A stretch of DNA of 64,000 bases from Chiloscyllium plagiosum. Its lineage: Eukaryota. Both the position numbers and the translations under genes were made by a program. Each line of letters begins with the position of its first letter. The stretch's first letter is position 1. The notes under the pieces were generated by a model, which made no database searches, was not told the DNA's origin, and was given only the letters and a program-made list of their open reading frames with translations. Location of the stretch: contig NC_057718.1 of NCBI RefSeq assembly GCF_004010195.1, positions 52,762,498 through 52,826,497 of the forward strand. Direction: 5' to 3'. Positions 12,527-25,590 of this stretch are shown here, one piece after another.

Positions 12527-15500
12527 TTACAGCTAACCCGAGAATGCAACTTTTTTTAAAAAAGGTTTTGTGATTTACACATGAAAGAAGTGAAACTATC
12601 ACTGTATTCTAACAGATGAAGGGCTTAACAGACAATCAATTTTTCAATGTATAATTTCAGTTACATCACACTGTACATTTTTGCTATAAATTCTGTGTTA
12701 CGATCGAGCCCTCCACAATCAGCTAATGAAGGAGCGCCGCTCCGAAAGCTAGTGTGCTTCCAATTAAACCTGTTGGACTATAACCTGGTGTTGTGTGATT
12801 TTTAACTTTGTACACCCCAGTCCAACACCGGCATCTCCAAATCACAAAGCAATAAAACAGCATATATAGGACTGTTAATTCCAACTTCAGTGCAGCACTT
12901 TGGAGAATTTCACCTTGTCCTGATCTGGTGATCATACATTGTTCATTATTGTGCTTGTTTGATAACTCACTTGTCTTCCTGCTGGTTGTTGTCACTCAAT
13001 GTCACCACATAATTATCATTGTCAGAGTGTTCCTTCATACCTTCTTCATACGTAATCTATGTGTCTTGGTCTGAGCTGGCTTCTTTAGAAATCTGTGGAA
13101 CTCACAAAGATCTCAAAAGAAGTCAGGCTTCTTAAGATAGAAAACTGCATCTTCTGGCATTTTTAAACTTTGTTTTCTATGGGGGAGCTTTGGAACTGTG
13201 TGTTCCTGATCAATTAAATGACATTTGTTTCCTTTTAAAATTTGCATCCCCCACCCATGGTATTTTTTTAAAATATGAGAATGAAGTAAAGAACTCACTG
13301 TGCTTCAGTTTACATGTCGTGTTTAATTTTAACCGTACTTGTGATTTCAGCCTTTCTAATTTTTTACGAAACTCTCTTAGAAATTGTTTGTACAATTAAA
13401 TAACCTGCATCCTCATCAAAATGAAATTAGTTCTGTCATGCTTTTATCCAAGGTAAACTGATACTGTTGATTGACCAAGATTTCTGTTGTCCAGAAGAGT
13501 TTTCTATTTGAGCTTCAATTATCTTTCTAGACATCCACCATGAAGATGTTGATGTTTTTATTCTTTACGGACAACCACTGCTCCTAACCATAACAAGATA
13601 CTTTAAAGTAGAATTTAGATTCAGATAACATAGTTTACAGGACGGAAGAGACCCAATGATTAGCTTTTCTCTATCACTACAAAAGGTTAGAAGACAAGCC
13701 AAACATTAAACTATCTTACCGTACCTGTATGTGGTACCCCTCAGTTGCCTTTTAAAAGGGTTCACCAGTAAATATGTTGCTCATGAGACTGGAGCCCCTT
13801 TAAAGGATGATTATCTCATTCTCAGGAGCTACCGATGAATGGGATGCTTGGACGTTCAACAGTTTCAGAAGTATCATTAAGAGATGTTGCCACTGTTGGG
13901 ACTGGATTTGGCAGAAGGATATACCATAGAGGGACACCACCAACTAAGACACATAAGTGGGGTTGGAGGCATCAGCATTGGTTATACAAGTCCCAGTGAG
14001 TGTGGGAGTGTCTGATGGAGACTGGTAGAACCACTATTGGCAATTTGGTGCAGGAGGCCTATCAATGAGCCACAGAGTTCCTGAATAGGTAGCCATCCTT
14101 TGAGCTCACAGACAGGCAACCAGGTTTGAAGAGATAATATCCCCACTTGTCAGAGGTCCAATTGCTGTTCCTAAAGTGTCAGTGGTAACAGGAAAAGACA
14201 CTTAATTGAACCCTTAAGTGGTTGACTATTCCTTTAGGTGGGGTGTTGTCCTTCATCTTGCCCACTGCTGACAAATGACATAAAGGCAGGAGCATGACAG
14301 GTACACCACCCCACTTCCATATCTCACAGAATAACTACACAGACAGATAAAATCCAGCTCAATTAATTAGTGTGATCATGAATTCCAATGATATTCATGA
14401 TTAATTGGCCCAAACATCAATCAATAGCTTAGTTTTCCATAAATCACTTCTATGTCTTTCATTCTTCACCACAGTGTCATTCCACCTTTGCATAGTTCAA
14501 CTCTAATTGTATGACTGGATACAGTGAAAGATAACATTCAATTGTGGTTATTATTTGAGTATGACTAAGCCAAGGTTTTGATTTCAGAGGCTCTGAGGTG
14601 CTGTGTTATAATTATTTTTTATGTTTAATGTTACTGTCTCGCTACTTCCATGGCAGCTAAATTTGTTGAACATTCTTCCTATAATGCAGAAACATCCTAT
14701 TTTCAATCATTTTTATTTTCAGTTTGTAGGACTGACAGGATTATTAATTAGTCTCTAACTATGATTTCATCCTTTTTGGAAGTAACAGATGACTAATCAT
14801 TTATGGGTTAAAGTAACTGCTTCAAATCAATTGGAACTGGAATTGCATTAGGTTGTGCAAGAGTAATGGGAGAAATTTCCTTTCATTTTCACTATTGTGA
14901 CACTACTGAATGAAAACACTTTTCGTTTGGGTAAAATCAAAACCTGTATAATCTTCAGTACATTGGGGCTATAATCAAAGTGGATAGGACACATTTGACT
15001 GCTTTTTGGGGCAGACTTCAGTTAAGCTGGGGCTCTACCCTGTGTAGACTTTAAGCAATGTCTGCAAGTAGTGGCTGACCAGTGGTTGCTGAGCCCACCT
15101 CTTTTCATGAAAATATGGGACAGTGTCCGACAGAAGGATTCTCATCATTTCCCCCTCATTGTTTGAGGTTAAAGTATGCCTGCAATAAAGCAACATTTTG
15201 GAGAATATTTGTTGATGGGGCAAGATCAATAGCATTGTTAATTCAGGCCTATTTGTAAAAATTGCAACTGGGTCTCCATCAATTTATCAGCACCTAACCT
15301 GCATGTGTTCAAAATGATGTGATTACTTTCATTGAAAATGCAACTCAACAGCAACTCAACATCAAAAATGTAAAATTAAAATAATGCTCAAGACCAAGTT
15401 ATGTCGAAATAGGTACAAATAGGAAATAGGTACACAGTTCAATATATATGAAGTAAATTCTGAAATATACATGTAGAACCTGAATAAGAGAATGGACATG

Positions 15501-15559
15501 AGCTTTGAGTTCCCAAGAGAAGGCAGACATTGGAAAAGGCTAACAGATGCTCCTGCTCC

Positions 15560-16950
15560 TACATCTCAGGGTCTTACAACACTGGCATCTACCTATCAAT
15601 ATGGAAAATTACTCAGGTGTACCCTATGGAAATAAAAGTAGGACAAAAACTGCCCCATCAGACGAATCTCAGTCGTCAATAAAGTTGGAAGGACTTTTCA
15701 CAGAGCTATCAAATGGCATCTATTTGCCAATAGCCCATCCACTGCTATTGGCTCTGAGTTCTGCAAGGACCACTAAACTACAAAGCACATTACAGGCTGA
15801 TCCAGGCATGAAAATTAAAACTACCTTTCAAAGGTGAGGTGAGAGTGATTGCGCATTGACATCAAGTCAGTATTTGACAGTGTGTGATACCAAGGAACCA
15901 GATTGAAATCAAAGATTGAAGTTAAAAGCAGCCAGGGCCAGCGGAGGAGGGGGATGGGAGTGTTGGTGTGTGGGAATTCATAATGAGCTGGAGTGACAAC
16001 TAATACATTGGAAAATTTTTATGGTCATTGCAGGCCAATCAATTATTACAGCCTCAGGATATTTCTACTGGAATTTCTATGGGCAATGTTCAAGGACCAC
16101 ATCTTCAGTTACTTCACCAAAGTATAGATCAGAAGTGAGGATGTTTACTGACAACTGTGCAGTGTTCCATTCATTTCACTAACACTTTAGGTAACAAAGC
16201 AGTCTACGGCCATCTAGCAGCTAGACTTGCATAACGTTGAAGGTTATGCTAATAAATGGTAGAATGTTCCAGGTTATGAAAAGCACCAAGAAGAATGTAT
16301 TGAAAAACATTCTCCTGACATTTAACAACATCTCCAACATAAAACCTTTGGCGTCAATAACTTGGGATCATACTGATGTGAATTTAAACTGGATGAGCTA
16401 CATAAATAGCTACAACCAGTCAAATCTTTGGCATACAGTTCACCCTCTGATTTCTCAAACCCTTTCCAGGGCCTACAAAGTACAAGAGTGGAGTATTAAA
16501 ATGATTCTATATATCCCTGGATATGTGAAGCTCCAAAAATGCTCAAAAACCCCAAGACTGTCCAGGACAGCAGCCATCTCAATCTTTTGCCTCTTTAAAT
16601 ATTCAGTCCTTCTACCACTGCCACAACACCACCATGTTCCATAAACAATTGTCAGCAACTTGCCATGTTTGCTTTAACGCCACTTTCCAAACCTATGAGC
16701 TCTATCACCTAAAAACACAAAGATAGCACTACCAACTCCAAGTTCCTCTGCAAGACACATGCCATCCTAACTTGGAAATAATTGACTGTTCCCTTATCAT
16801 GCCTTATCTCTAACAGCTCTGTGGGTTTCCTATACCACTTGGACTGCAAAAGCACAGGAAAGTAGTTGACTATCATATTCTTGACAGCACTTAAGAATGG
16901 ACAATAATTAATGACTTTGCCAATGATTCCTTATCTCAAAATTAAATAAG
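15560..16950 (+). mobile_element. Very degenerate divergent CR1/L2-group LINE (second family)
   Basis: 'cattgacatcaagtcagtatttgacagtgtgtg' (LDIK..FD.VW), 'agaagtgaggatgtttactgac' (EV.MF.D), 'tacaaagtacaa' (YK.Q), family tail near 16900-16950. Confidence 0.6.
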
Positions 16951-17794
16951 AACAAAGTGGAAAAGTCTTCTGTCATGATAGTGATAACAGATTTTCAATG
17001 TTAATCATCTAATCTTAATACCTGAGAATGTTCACAGAGTACATTTCTGTTTTCAAAAATAAGGAAAATCACTGACTTATGATAGTCAGAGTGGCAACCT
17101 GACCACATTGAAACAAGTTCACAAACCAACATAAGACAAATAAATCCAGTCTGAGCCTAAATTAACAAAAAAAACTTGAAACTCAGCCAAGAATGCATAT
17201 CTCCTATTGTTACTATATACCTTCTGGAACTTTCATACATTGAGTAAAAGTTACTTGCAAATTGTCCAGCTTTAACAAAAAAAGATACCAGACAGAGGAA
17301 TACATGAATGAACTGCATTTCAGAAAACAGCTTTTGGGAAGGAAAGCGCAAGAACATGGATTGGTAATGGGAAAATGCTTTTTCTCCTTGTTTAATTCTA
17401 AATATTTCAAAAGCCAGCCACTGATAGAACAAAGTAGAGAAACATCCATCCTTTGTTTTCCTTATTGCTGAACACTCATCACTTGTAACTTTATGTCTGT
17501 AGAAGTAAAATTCAGATAATTGTCTCAGGAATTGTAACCCTGAAACTATTGTCAACTGTCATTAAAAATTCTTTGTTTAAAAAGTGATTAAAAACACTTA
17601 TGTTCCTTAAGCTGCCCTTACCTAGCCTGGGCTCCATGTGTCTCCAGATCAACAGTAATGTGGTTAACTCATAATTCCCTTCTGAAGTGACCTAGCAAGC
17701 CACACAGTTCAAGGACTATTAGGGAAGAGAAAATTAAGAAACAAAGAATGTTTCTGATTATCAGTCCAGGAACTTGGCTCCTTTGCTACTGTGA

Positions 17795-17873
17795 GAGAAA
17801 GTGAGGGCTGCAGATGCTGGAGATCAGAGCTGAAAGTGTGTTGCTGGAAAAGCGCAGCAGGTCAGGCAGCATC
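17795..17873 (-). mobile_element. Truncated family A Penelope pLTR 3' end
   Basis: agaaagtgagggctgcagatgctggagatcag...gctggaaaagcgcagcaggtcaggcagcatc matches 52076-52160. Confidence 0.85.
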
Positions 17874-18490
17874 CTGTGTCATGGGAACCCATTGTTAAAT
17901 TTAATACATTCCTGTATATTAGATATTTGATCCCAATATCTATCCTGAAGCTTAAACTAAACCTTAATGTGTACCATGTAGAGTTTAGCTGAAGCCAGAT
18001 TATTGGGCTAGACTATCCTCAGATGATAATTGTATCCATTAGTATTGAAGTAGTGAAGTAGATTCTTGAGTCGAACACCATTGCTATGAATGTTTCCTTA
18101 AATGTTAGCTCACATATAACACAAAGACTGGGTGCTTGTTGAGGCAAGTATCTTGAAGTTTATTAACGTGTTTTACATTTCTATAATATGACAGATTTAC
18201 ACATCGTCTAAGTTCTATACTTACGATGTTACTGTATGTTACATGGACATAATTGCCTGACTGAATTCTGGCTTGATTCCATTACACTGAGAAGTGGCTG
18301 AAGGTGAGGTAGACACCTTTACACTGGAATATCACATGTCATTGATACCTTAAGGACACATTGTCTAGTCTGGAATCTATGCAATAACACAAGTTGGTTT
18401 CAATCACAAAATGTAAACATAATGTCAGATTATTTGGATTAATGAGCACTTTCTTGTCTCCAAAATGGCATCTAGGCTATGTTCAGATTT

Positions 18491-18720
18491 GGAGACAATA
18501 AGGTCTGCAGATGCTGGAGATCAGAGTTGAGAGTGTGTTGTGGAAAAGCAGAGCAAGGCAGGCAACATTGAGGAGCAGGAAAATTGATGTTTCAGGCTGG
18601 AGCCCTTCATCAGGAAAACCCATCATTTCCTGATGAAGGGCTCCAGCCTGAAAAGTTGATTTTCCTGCTCCTCGGATGCTGCCTGACCTGCTGTGCTTTT
18701 CCACAACACACTCTCAACTT
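18491..18720. mobile_element. Fold-back (palindromic) family A Penelope pLTR pair with two hammerhead motifs
   Basis: About 18524-18617 is inverted to about 18626-18719 around the spacer 'acccatca'; CTGATGAAGGGCTCCAGCCTGAAA occurs on both strands; approximate TSD tcag(a/g)ttt. Confidence 0.85.
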
Positions 18721-21508
18721 TTCTCAGGTTTGTTTGATGTCACAATCTGTTATCTCCGTCCTGCTCTGACATTGCAGTTTCGATGCCAATGCTTGTTCTT
18801 TCTGTCATCTTGTAGGTCACAATGGATGCAGATGATTGAAAACATATCTGTAATCAAGTGATTTGGACAAAAACATTTAAATAAGAACAATGTTTTATAG
18901 CGGGCTCGATTCCTTATAGACTTGAGCAAAAGGTTGAGTTAAGGGAATGCCACCAGTGCTTTTTAAAGCTATTTTTAACTTTTGCTGTCAACTGGAAAGG
19001 TGAGGAACAGTTGAACATGTGCTCTAAGGTGGCATTGCTGTGATTGACCCTTGCCCAAATTCAGAACTATGCCGCACACAAAGCTAGAAAGATAATGCAC
19101 ACTAGAAATTTGGAGGCAAGATACTGAGTTCAATTATTTTTAATTCATTCCTTGATAGCCACTGCAGGTTGATTATGTTGCAGTAACTGTTGATTTTACA
19201 ACTCCCATCCCAACATTATTTACATGGTTAAATAAGGATAAGTTGTGATTTGTAAATGCTGTAGTAAATATTATTAATATTAGAACAGAATAAGTTATAT
19301 TTTGACTTAGGAAGACTTGATATAAATTGAAAAATCTGTAAACAACTTAGAAAACCACTGTGTAAGGTGTCTCAGTTACTGGTGAATGATTCCTAATCTC
19401 AGGTCAGTGGTTTTAAGCCCATTGGATAACTTTTTGAAAAAGTTAACATTTTCTTCAAAAAACATGGTCTGTGTCTATTTTTCAACCAAAAATTGTCTCT
19501 AACTAAATGGTACAACTAATACTCCACATAGGGAACTGGGAAGTTACTTGATGGTGCATCTCCATTGTTTACTGAATTGTCAGAAGTGTGTTTTGCAAAG
19601 GGAACAGCTCCCAGTTGATAGGTGGACTAAATGTCATAACTTGCAACTATTTAAGAACTGTACAAAGCAAGAAATTGGATACTCAAACTTTATTATTAGT
19701 CCACGTTTAGCCAACTTGCAGATCTTATGTGGGCTGCTGACACTAACAAATACACCATTGCTGCACATGTACAGGAAATGATGTCCTGGTGTTGTGGCAC
19801 AATAAACACAGCCTGAAAGATATCATCAACTATTTCTGATCAGTTGCTCATTGATTTTAACTGGCTTCTGCTGGGATAGTGCAAATATTTTGGGGGCTAT
19901 AGAATTGCTGACAGATGCTATGTCTCCAATGTAATTGGCCACACAGGGAAGAACAAGCTGATGCAAGATCAAGAAGGAGAGGTGATTAAATCTGGAGGAT
20001 GTATCAGCCCAGGGTGATCAGGGAGCAGCTAGGTTCTCCAACATGAACCTCAGCAAGAAACAGTTTGCTATTTTTGCTTCATTCAGAGCATCCTTCCTGC
20101 AAACTGTCACCTGTTGCTGCTAAAACTGCACTGTCAATGTAGAAGGAGGATAACATTGCAAATGTGACAAATGCCAAGCTGCCATGATGATGCATGATCC
20201 TGTCATCATGGCTATACAGGTCTGGCCTTTATTAAATACAGATTGTTGTATAAATTATAAAATAGAGCAGAAATAACATTAGTTTCTGTACGCATATAAC
20301 AGATTTTATTCACAGTATTTTAAAATACCTCATCCATTCTTGTAACTCTTTGCTTTCAGCAATTTGCACATTTTGAGTTCACACTCAGACTTAACCAATC
20401 AAGCACAGTGAGAATCAAGGGTAAAGAGATTAAGATAAACAAACACAAAACAATTAAACACTGCATGATTTCCACATTCTAAAACTAAAGACTTCTTCAA
20501 AACAATTGTGCCATCTTAATCTTCGAACATATATACATTGAGTAATTTGTTAGAGTTCAGCTTGCACTTTTTTTTAACACACAAGAAAGAGTCTTGAAGA
20601 TAGAAAGTTTTCAGATGATTATGCTGAAATCTATGAACTTGCAATTGTGGATTTGCATGAGCGACTCAATTACATGAACTGCTGAGACAGTTGACCTTGA
20701 AATTGTGCTGATGAAGACAACCTGACCATCAGCTAGCTCAGTTGACTAAATGATTGACTATAGTAGCTCATGGACGTCTACCTCACCTTACCACATCTTT
20801 GTGGAATGGTTACATTCAAGCTATGCACAAACAATTGTCTCTCTCGACTTGCATTTATTACTTATAGTTTTCTGTGGACCGAGGCTCCTTATAAGCATAT
20901 CATCTTCTTATACTTACTTCAGCTCCCATGATTCCTGGCAAACACCAACTATCATAATTTTTGCAAAACTTCCAGAATTTATGATATGTTGACATGGTGA
21001 ACGTGGAAGTCCTCCTTAATCTTCCCAGTCCCTAAATAAAGAAGGATACCTATATCAGCATCTTACATTATTGATCGTGTTAATGTGGTCTCTACCAGTG
21101 TCTTCAAGTTTAATTCCAAGCCTATCAAAAAAGGCTTACACCATAAGGCTTTCACATTTGGCTACATAGAATGTGAACCTATATAGGGTAACATTTGTGC
21201 AGCACATTGTAACTGTGATTGTTCCAAACAGCAGAATAATTGAGTCATCACAAGTTTGAAGAGTGTCTGCCATAGGAGTGAGAGAAAACTGTGAAAAATA
21301 TTAATGGCAGAGTTCGGCACTCTAAGTAAATACTTTCACAGTGACATAGATGAGAAGTGACACTGAAATGCCTATAACCTTGACTGAACATTACTTAAAA
21401 TGTTTTACCATTCATGGTAGCATAGACATGCTATACTTAACTCTTGGGAGAAGACTCATCAATATGTCAAACTGGTTAACTCCATTTTTGACAAGCAAAC
21501 CTTTTCAA

Positions 21509-21848
21509 GGGGAGGCAGTGGCTTAATGGTATTATTACCAGGCAATTAATCCAATGTTCAGGGACCTAAATTCAAACCCTGCCATGGTATGAATTTGAAT
21601 TCAATAAGGAATCTGGAATTATGAGTGTAACAATGACCATGAAACCATTGTCAATGTTCAGGGAAAAACCCATCTGGATCACTAAAGCCCTTTAAGGAAG
21701 GAAACAGTCTTCCTTATCTGATCTAGTCTACATGTGACTCCAGATCCACAGTAATGTGATTGATACTTAGCGCCTTCTGGACAATTAAGGATGGACAATA
21801 AATGCTGGCCGAGTCAGAGACACCCACATCCTGTGAGTAAATAAAAAA
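21509..21848 (+). mobile_element. tRNA-headed SINE sharing its 3' tail with the second LINE family
   Basis: A-box-like 'gtggcttaatgg', B-box-like 'aattcaaacc'; tail 'aataaatgctggcc...cccacatcctgtgagtaaataaaaaa' resembles 55840-55886. Confidence 0.7.
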
Positions 21849-21971
21849 TATTGGTTCCACTATAGTCATGAGTTACATTTTTCCCATCAAGCTGGGCCTA
21901 GTGTTGTGAATCAATTTGTATTTCCACAATTTAGACCACATTTGAGGGTATCTGACTGCAATGGAGCACAT

Positions 21972-22100
21972 GGAGAAAGTGAGGACGCAGCTGCTGGAGA
22001 TCAGATTCGAGAGTGTGTTGCTGGAAAAGTACAGAAGTTCAGGCAGCATCCGAAGAGTAGGAGAGTCAACCTTTCAGTCATAAGCCCTTCATCAGGAATG
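21972..22100 (-). mobile_element. Family A Penelope pLTR
   Basis: ggagaaagtgagg...gcagcatccgaagagtaggagagtcaacctttcagtcataagcccttcatcaggaat; CTGATGA core on the minus strand. Confidence 0.85.
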
Positions 22101-24117
22101 TTTGTGCACTTATTCAGGTTTGCTTGTCTGTAACCCTTACCCTTGAGCTGTTTGGGCAGACTGTGTCCATAACCATGGATCTGAGGGTGCATTTCTGTCT
22201 TGGAATTGAACATAACAGATTCTTTTTTTTGACAAGTTCTTGGTTTTTTACAAGTTTAAACTGTCATTCTTCATGAGGAGAAGTTACTTATTTCATTTAA
22301 TTCAAATCTTTTTAATTAATTGGCCACAAATGAACTCATCGATTGGTTTGTCAAATTGATCTGTAGACGTCAGTTGCCATAACACTACCATATATATTTT
22401 ATGGTCTGACAGTTTCCAAGAATCTTTAGCGGAGTATATATCCTTTGATCAATAAGGATATTTTGGTATTTTTTCTTTGACCTGAAGTAATTTTTGAGAA
22501 CACTTAGTACTTTATCAAACATTGGCATGCCTTTTTCTAAACAACTCAAATGTTCAATAGTCTTTCTTGCAGATCACTCCTTTATCTAAATTGCCAATGC
22601 CCATAGTGAGCAAGTACGTTTTTAATCCCCAAGGATTCTAAATCATGGGTGAACCTTCTGATTAAGAAAGAAAAGTTTCAGGAGTTGGTATATTCACAGT
22701 GCTTTAAAATGTTTGCTCTATGCTTACAGGGACTATTGTCACAGACAGATTGTGAGTTTTAAGAAATAAATCTTTGGCCCAATTGTCACCACATGTCCCA
22801 AACAGTTTTCTTTTTCCTTATTTTAGACAGTGTAAGAGTATTTCCCACCAGTCCCTCTGTTTGTGGTTCTGACTTTGCAAAGACCACAAAAACACTAAAG
22901 TCGAAAACCCAAATTTAGAGAATAGTTCACACACTTTTACATGCAGTCAGCTGGGGAGGCCTGGGAACTATTTTACCACACAGTAACTCATCCAGACTTT
23001 CACAGACAGATGGAATTGGAAAAGATAAGAAGTTTAGTTGATTAATAAGAATTACAAAAACAAACAACTAAGCGATACCAGTTTAATAATGTTCTTGTTA
23101 AAAAGACGGAGTCCAAAGTGACATCAGCAACATGGAAGTCCTTAGTTGGGGTGAGTGGTTGGCTCACTGCTGTTTATTCTCTTTTAAGCTCTCTTAACTT
23201 CCTCTGAGGGATTTTTGCTGAAATGGAATTTCTGCTTCATGGTTTTGACAAAAGAAAATGTTACTTGTGAATTACAAATACAGTTGTCAGGTGCTTTTTA
23301 CAGGCCAGAAGGTTTTCCTTTGTAGCTCAGATTTAGAGATGTTGATACTCAGAAGATATTGCTTGGAGCAGCACTGATCCCTAAACTGTCTGCTGTTTCA
23401 AGATTGTACGTTCAAAAAGCAGTTGGATTCATTACAGTGGAAGCCCATGATAAAGCCACCTTGGCTGAAAGGAGAAGCCAATCTCATTGCCTGTAGTTTA
23501 TTCTAGGGATTAAACAAAAAGTCATCAACACATCTTGTCAGATAGGTATACATAGCAATTCTGTTGTGGCAGTTTTTGTCTTAGAGGTCATCATTTCTAT
23601 AACAGATTATAATACGATGATGAATACTTCATCATGTGGTACCTGGGAGTTGTTTACCTGGCTGACATTCTGGGTTCTGGAAGTCGATTCCCAGTCCAGT
23701 CACGTGATGATAGCAGACATCTTTGTGAGCTCTTTACAGTGGCACTAAATATGTATAGATATAGGTTACCAATTTTTTTTTTACTCTGTTCATGACACTA
23801 CATAAAGAAGAGGATGTGGTGGAATACAAGACAGAAGAGGTGAAGGACCGAGGAGGAAGTCACCAACAGAGCCATTTTCTATCTGGATTGCCTGTGATTG
23901 TCCCATCTGACTATGATACCAGTTCTGCATACATACTGTTGCACACCTTTCCTACAAGCTGATATTGATCACCATAGAGTCCAATTGAATTATAATAAAA
24001 AAATTAAATAAAATCACAAATTAAACATGTCAAACTAAATTTATAAGTTGCACTATCTCATATTGCATAGAAGTATCAACAAATCAGCCTTGTATATTCC
24101 CTTCAAGCTTGAATTCT

Positions 24118-24335
24118 GAAACAAAAGCTGAATTTTCTGGAGGAACTCAGCAAGTCTGACAGCATCTATGGAGAGAAAGCTGGATTAACATTTCGAGTCC
24201 AATGAGATGTTTTCAGAGCTGATTCTAGCTAGGAAAAGGTGATATATATATATTGAAGACAAGGTGCAGGGTTGGGTATTTAGAGGGTAATAGAGAAATA
24301 AAGAAGTAAACAGTAAGTGGAGATGAAGCCCAGAT
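24118..24335 (-). mobile_element. Old family D Penelope 3' end
   Basis: 'ctggaggaactcagcaagtctgacagcatctatggagagaaagc...ttaacatttcgagtcc' is the reverse complement of the family D pattern. Confidence 0.6.
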
Positions 24336-24734
24336 GCAGCTCTGTATACCTTTGCTTGCCCTCATGCTTAATGCTCCTTTGCATATGAAGTTCAGAGTTT
24401 TTGATGGAAGTGGCAAAGATAGCTGATAGTTATGTCGAACAATCTCAAGTAATCTAAGGCCCAGCTTTAGATTACAACATTTCCATATTGGCAACAACAG
24501 TCAGGGCAGGCAGGCAGTAGTTCAGGCATTGGTGAAGTGTTACACAATGCTACAATAGAGAGATTTCAGATGGCTCATGCTTCAGTGAGGATGGTGCCTT
24601 AGCAAGCCTGGCTTCAGATCAGGCGAAAAATGGCTATACAGCCTTTGAACACTGGAATCTGCAGCTATGAATCTTAGCTTGCATGATGGCGTTTCTCTTC
24701 GGTTCAACACCAGCACCAGTTTATAGGTAATGCA

Positions 24735-25235
24735 ATAGTGATTTTTGAGAAGATTTGTAGCTCAAGTTGATGATAAGACTGTAAGTTTGCTCTCTGAGCT
24801 TGAAGGTTTGTTTTCAGACATTTTGTCACCATACTAGTTAACATCATCACTGAGAGTCTCTGGTGGCATGTTCTAGGATTGTGTGTTGTCCCAGTCAAAG
24901 TGGTGTCCTTCTTTTTCTGTATGTATAGAAACTAACGATAGAGGGTCGTGTCTTTTGGTGGCGAAACAAAGACACGCACAAGATTCTTAGAGGCATGGCA
25001 TTCTAACCAGAACTTCATCAATAAACAAATAAAGTTAGATCCTATCTACCTTCCCTTGAAAAAAAGAATCAGAAATGACATCACCCACCAAAAGAAACCA
25101 AGAACTAAAAATAGAGAGACGGGTCATACCACCAGCACTTCACCAGAGACTCTCACTGACGATGTTACCTAGTATGGTGACGAAACATCTGAAAATAAAC
25201 CTTCAAGCTCAGCAAGCAAACTTATAGACTTATAA
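24735..25235. mobile_element. Penelope-like element fragment (family C): GIY-YIG C-terminus, internal inversion, inverted pLTRs
   Basis: Minus 24865-24962 reads ATKRHDPLSLVSIHTEKEGHHFDWDNT; plus from 24964 reads KQRHA..FLEAWHSNQNFINKQIKLDPIYLPL; about 24770-24865 is inverted to about 25140-25235. Confidence 0.8.
25153..25192 (+). ncRNA. Minimal hammerhead ribozyme motif (family C)
   Basis: TCA-CTGACGA-T-GTTACC-TAGTAT-GGTGAC-GAAA-CATC-TGA: 3-bp stem I, 6-bp stem II with one G-U pair; stem III probably decayed from ACGT. Confidence 0.65.
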
Positions 25236-25255
25236 CATGATATTTAATAGAATAT

Positions 25256-25590
25256 TCATAGAATCTCTACAGTGTGGGAGCAGGTCATTTGGCCAGTTGA
25301 GTCCACATTACCCCTCTGAAGAGCATCCCACCCAGATCCCTAGCCTGTCTGTATAATCCTGTGTAATCATCCATGGCTAATCCACCTAGCCTACACATCC
25401 CTGGACACCATGAGCAATTTACCATGGCCAATCCATCAAGCCTGCACATCCTTGGACTGTGGGTGGAAAGTGGAGCATCCAAAGAAAACCCACGGAGATA
25501 CGAGAGGAATGTGAAAACTCCACTCAGACTGTTGCTCGAGGCTGGAATTGAATCTGGGCCCTTAGCACTGTGAGCCATCTTGCCACCCCA
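25256..25590 (-). mobile_element. HE1/V-SINE-like tRNA-derived SINE with CR1-type tail
   Basis: Reverse complement aligns with 51008-51323 (ccaaggatgtgcagg, V-domain-like core); tail 'catagaatctctacag'. Confidence 0.8.

Larger units (their letters stand above)
12235..12844. mobile_element. Penelope-like family B insertion with inverted pLTR copies flanking a CA-rich tract and a gap
   Basis: 12235-12319 is the inverted copy of about 12722-12807; ends ...CTCCAAATCA; 11-bp TSD CAAAGCAATAA (12224-12234 and 12845-12855). PLE identity is inferred from architecture and the hammerhead motif, not from an ORF. Confidence 0.8.

Noticed and set aside
12218..12573. His/Thr-rich and Cys/Val-rich ORFs
   Set aside because: Translation of a (CA)n tract and an N gap.
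18080..18390. Possible solo LTR (also 22830-23796)
   Set aside because: TG...CA ends can be chosen, but there is no TSD and no second copy in the window to fix the boundaries.
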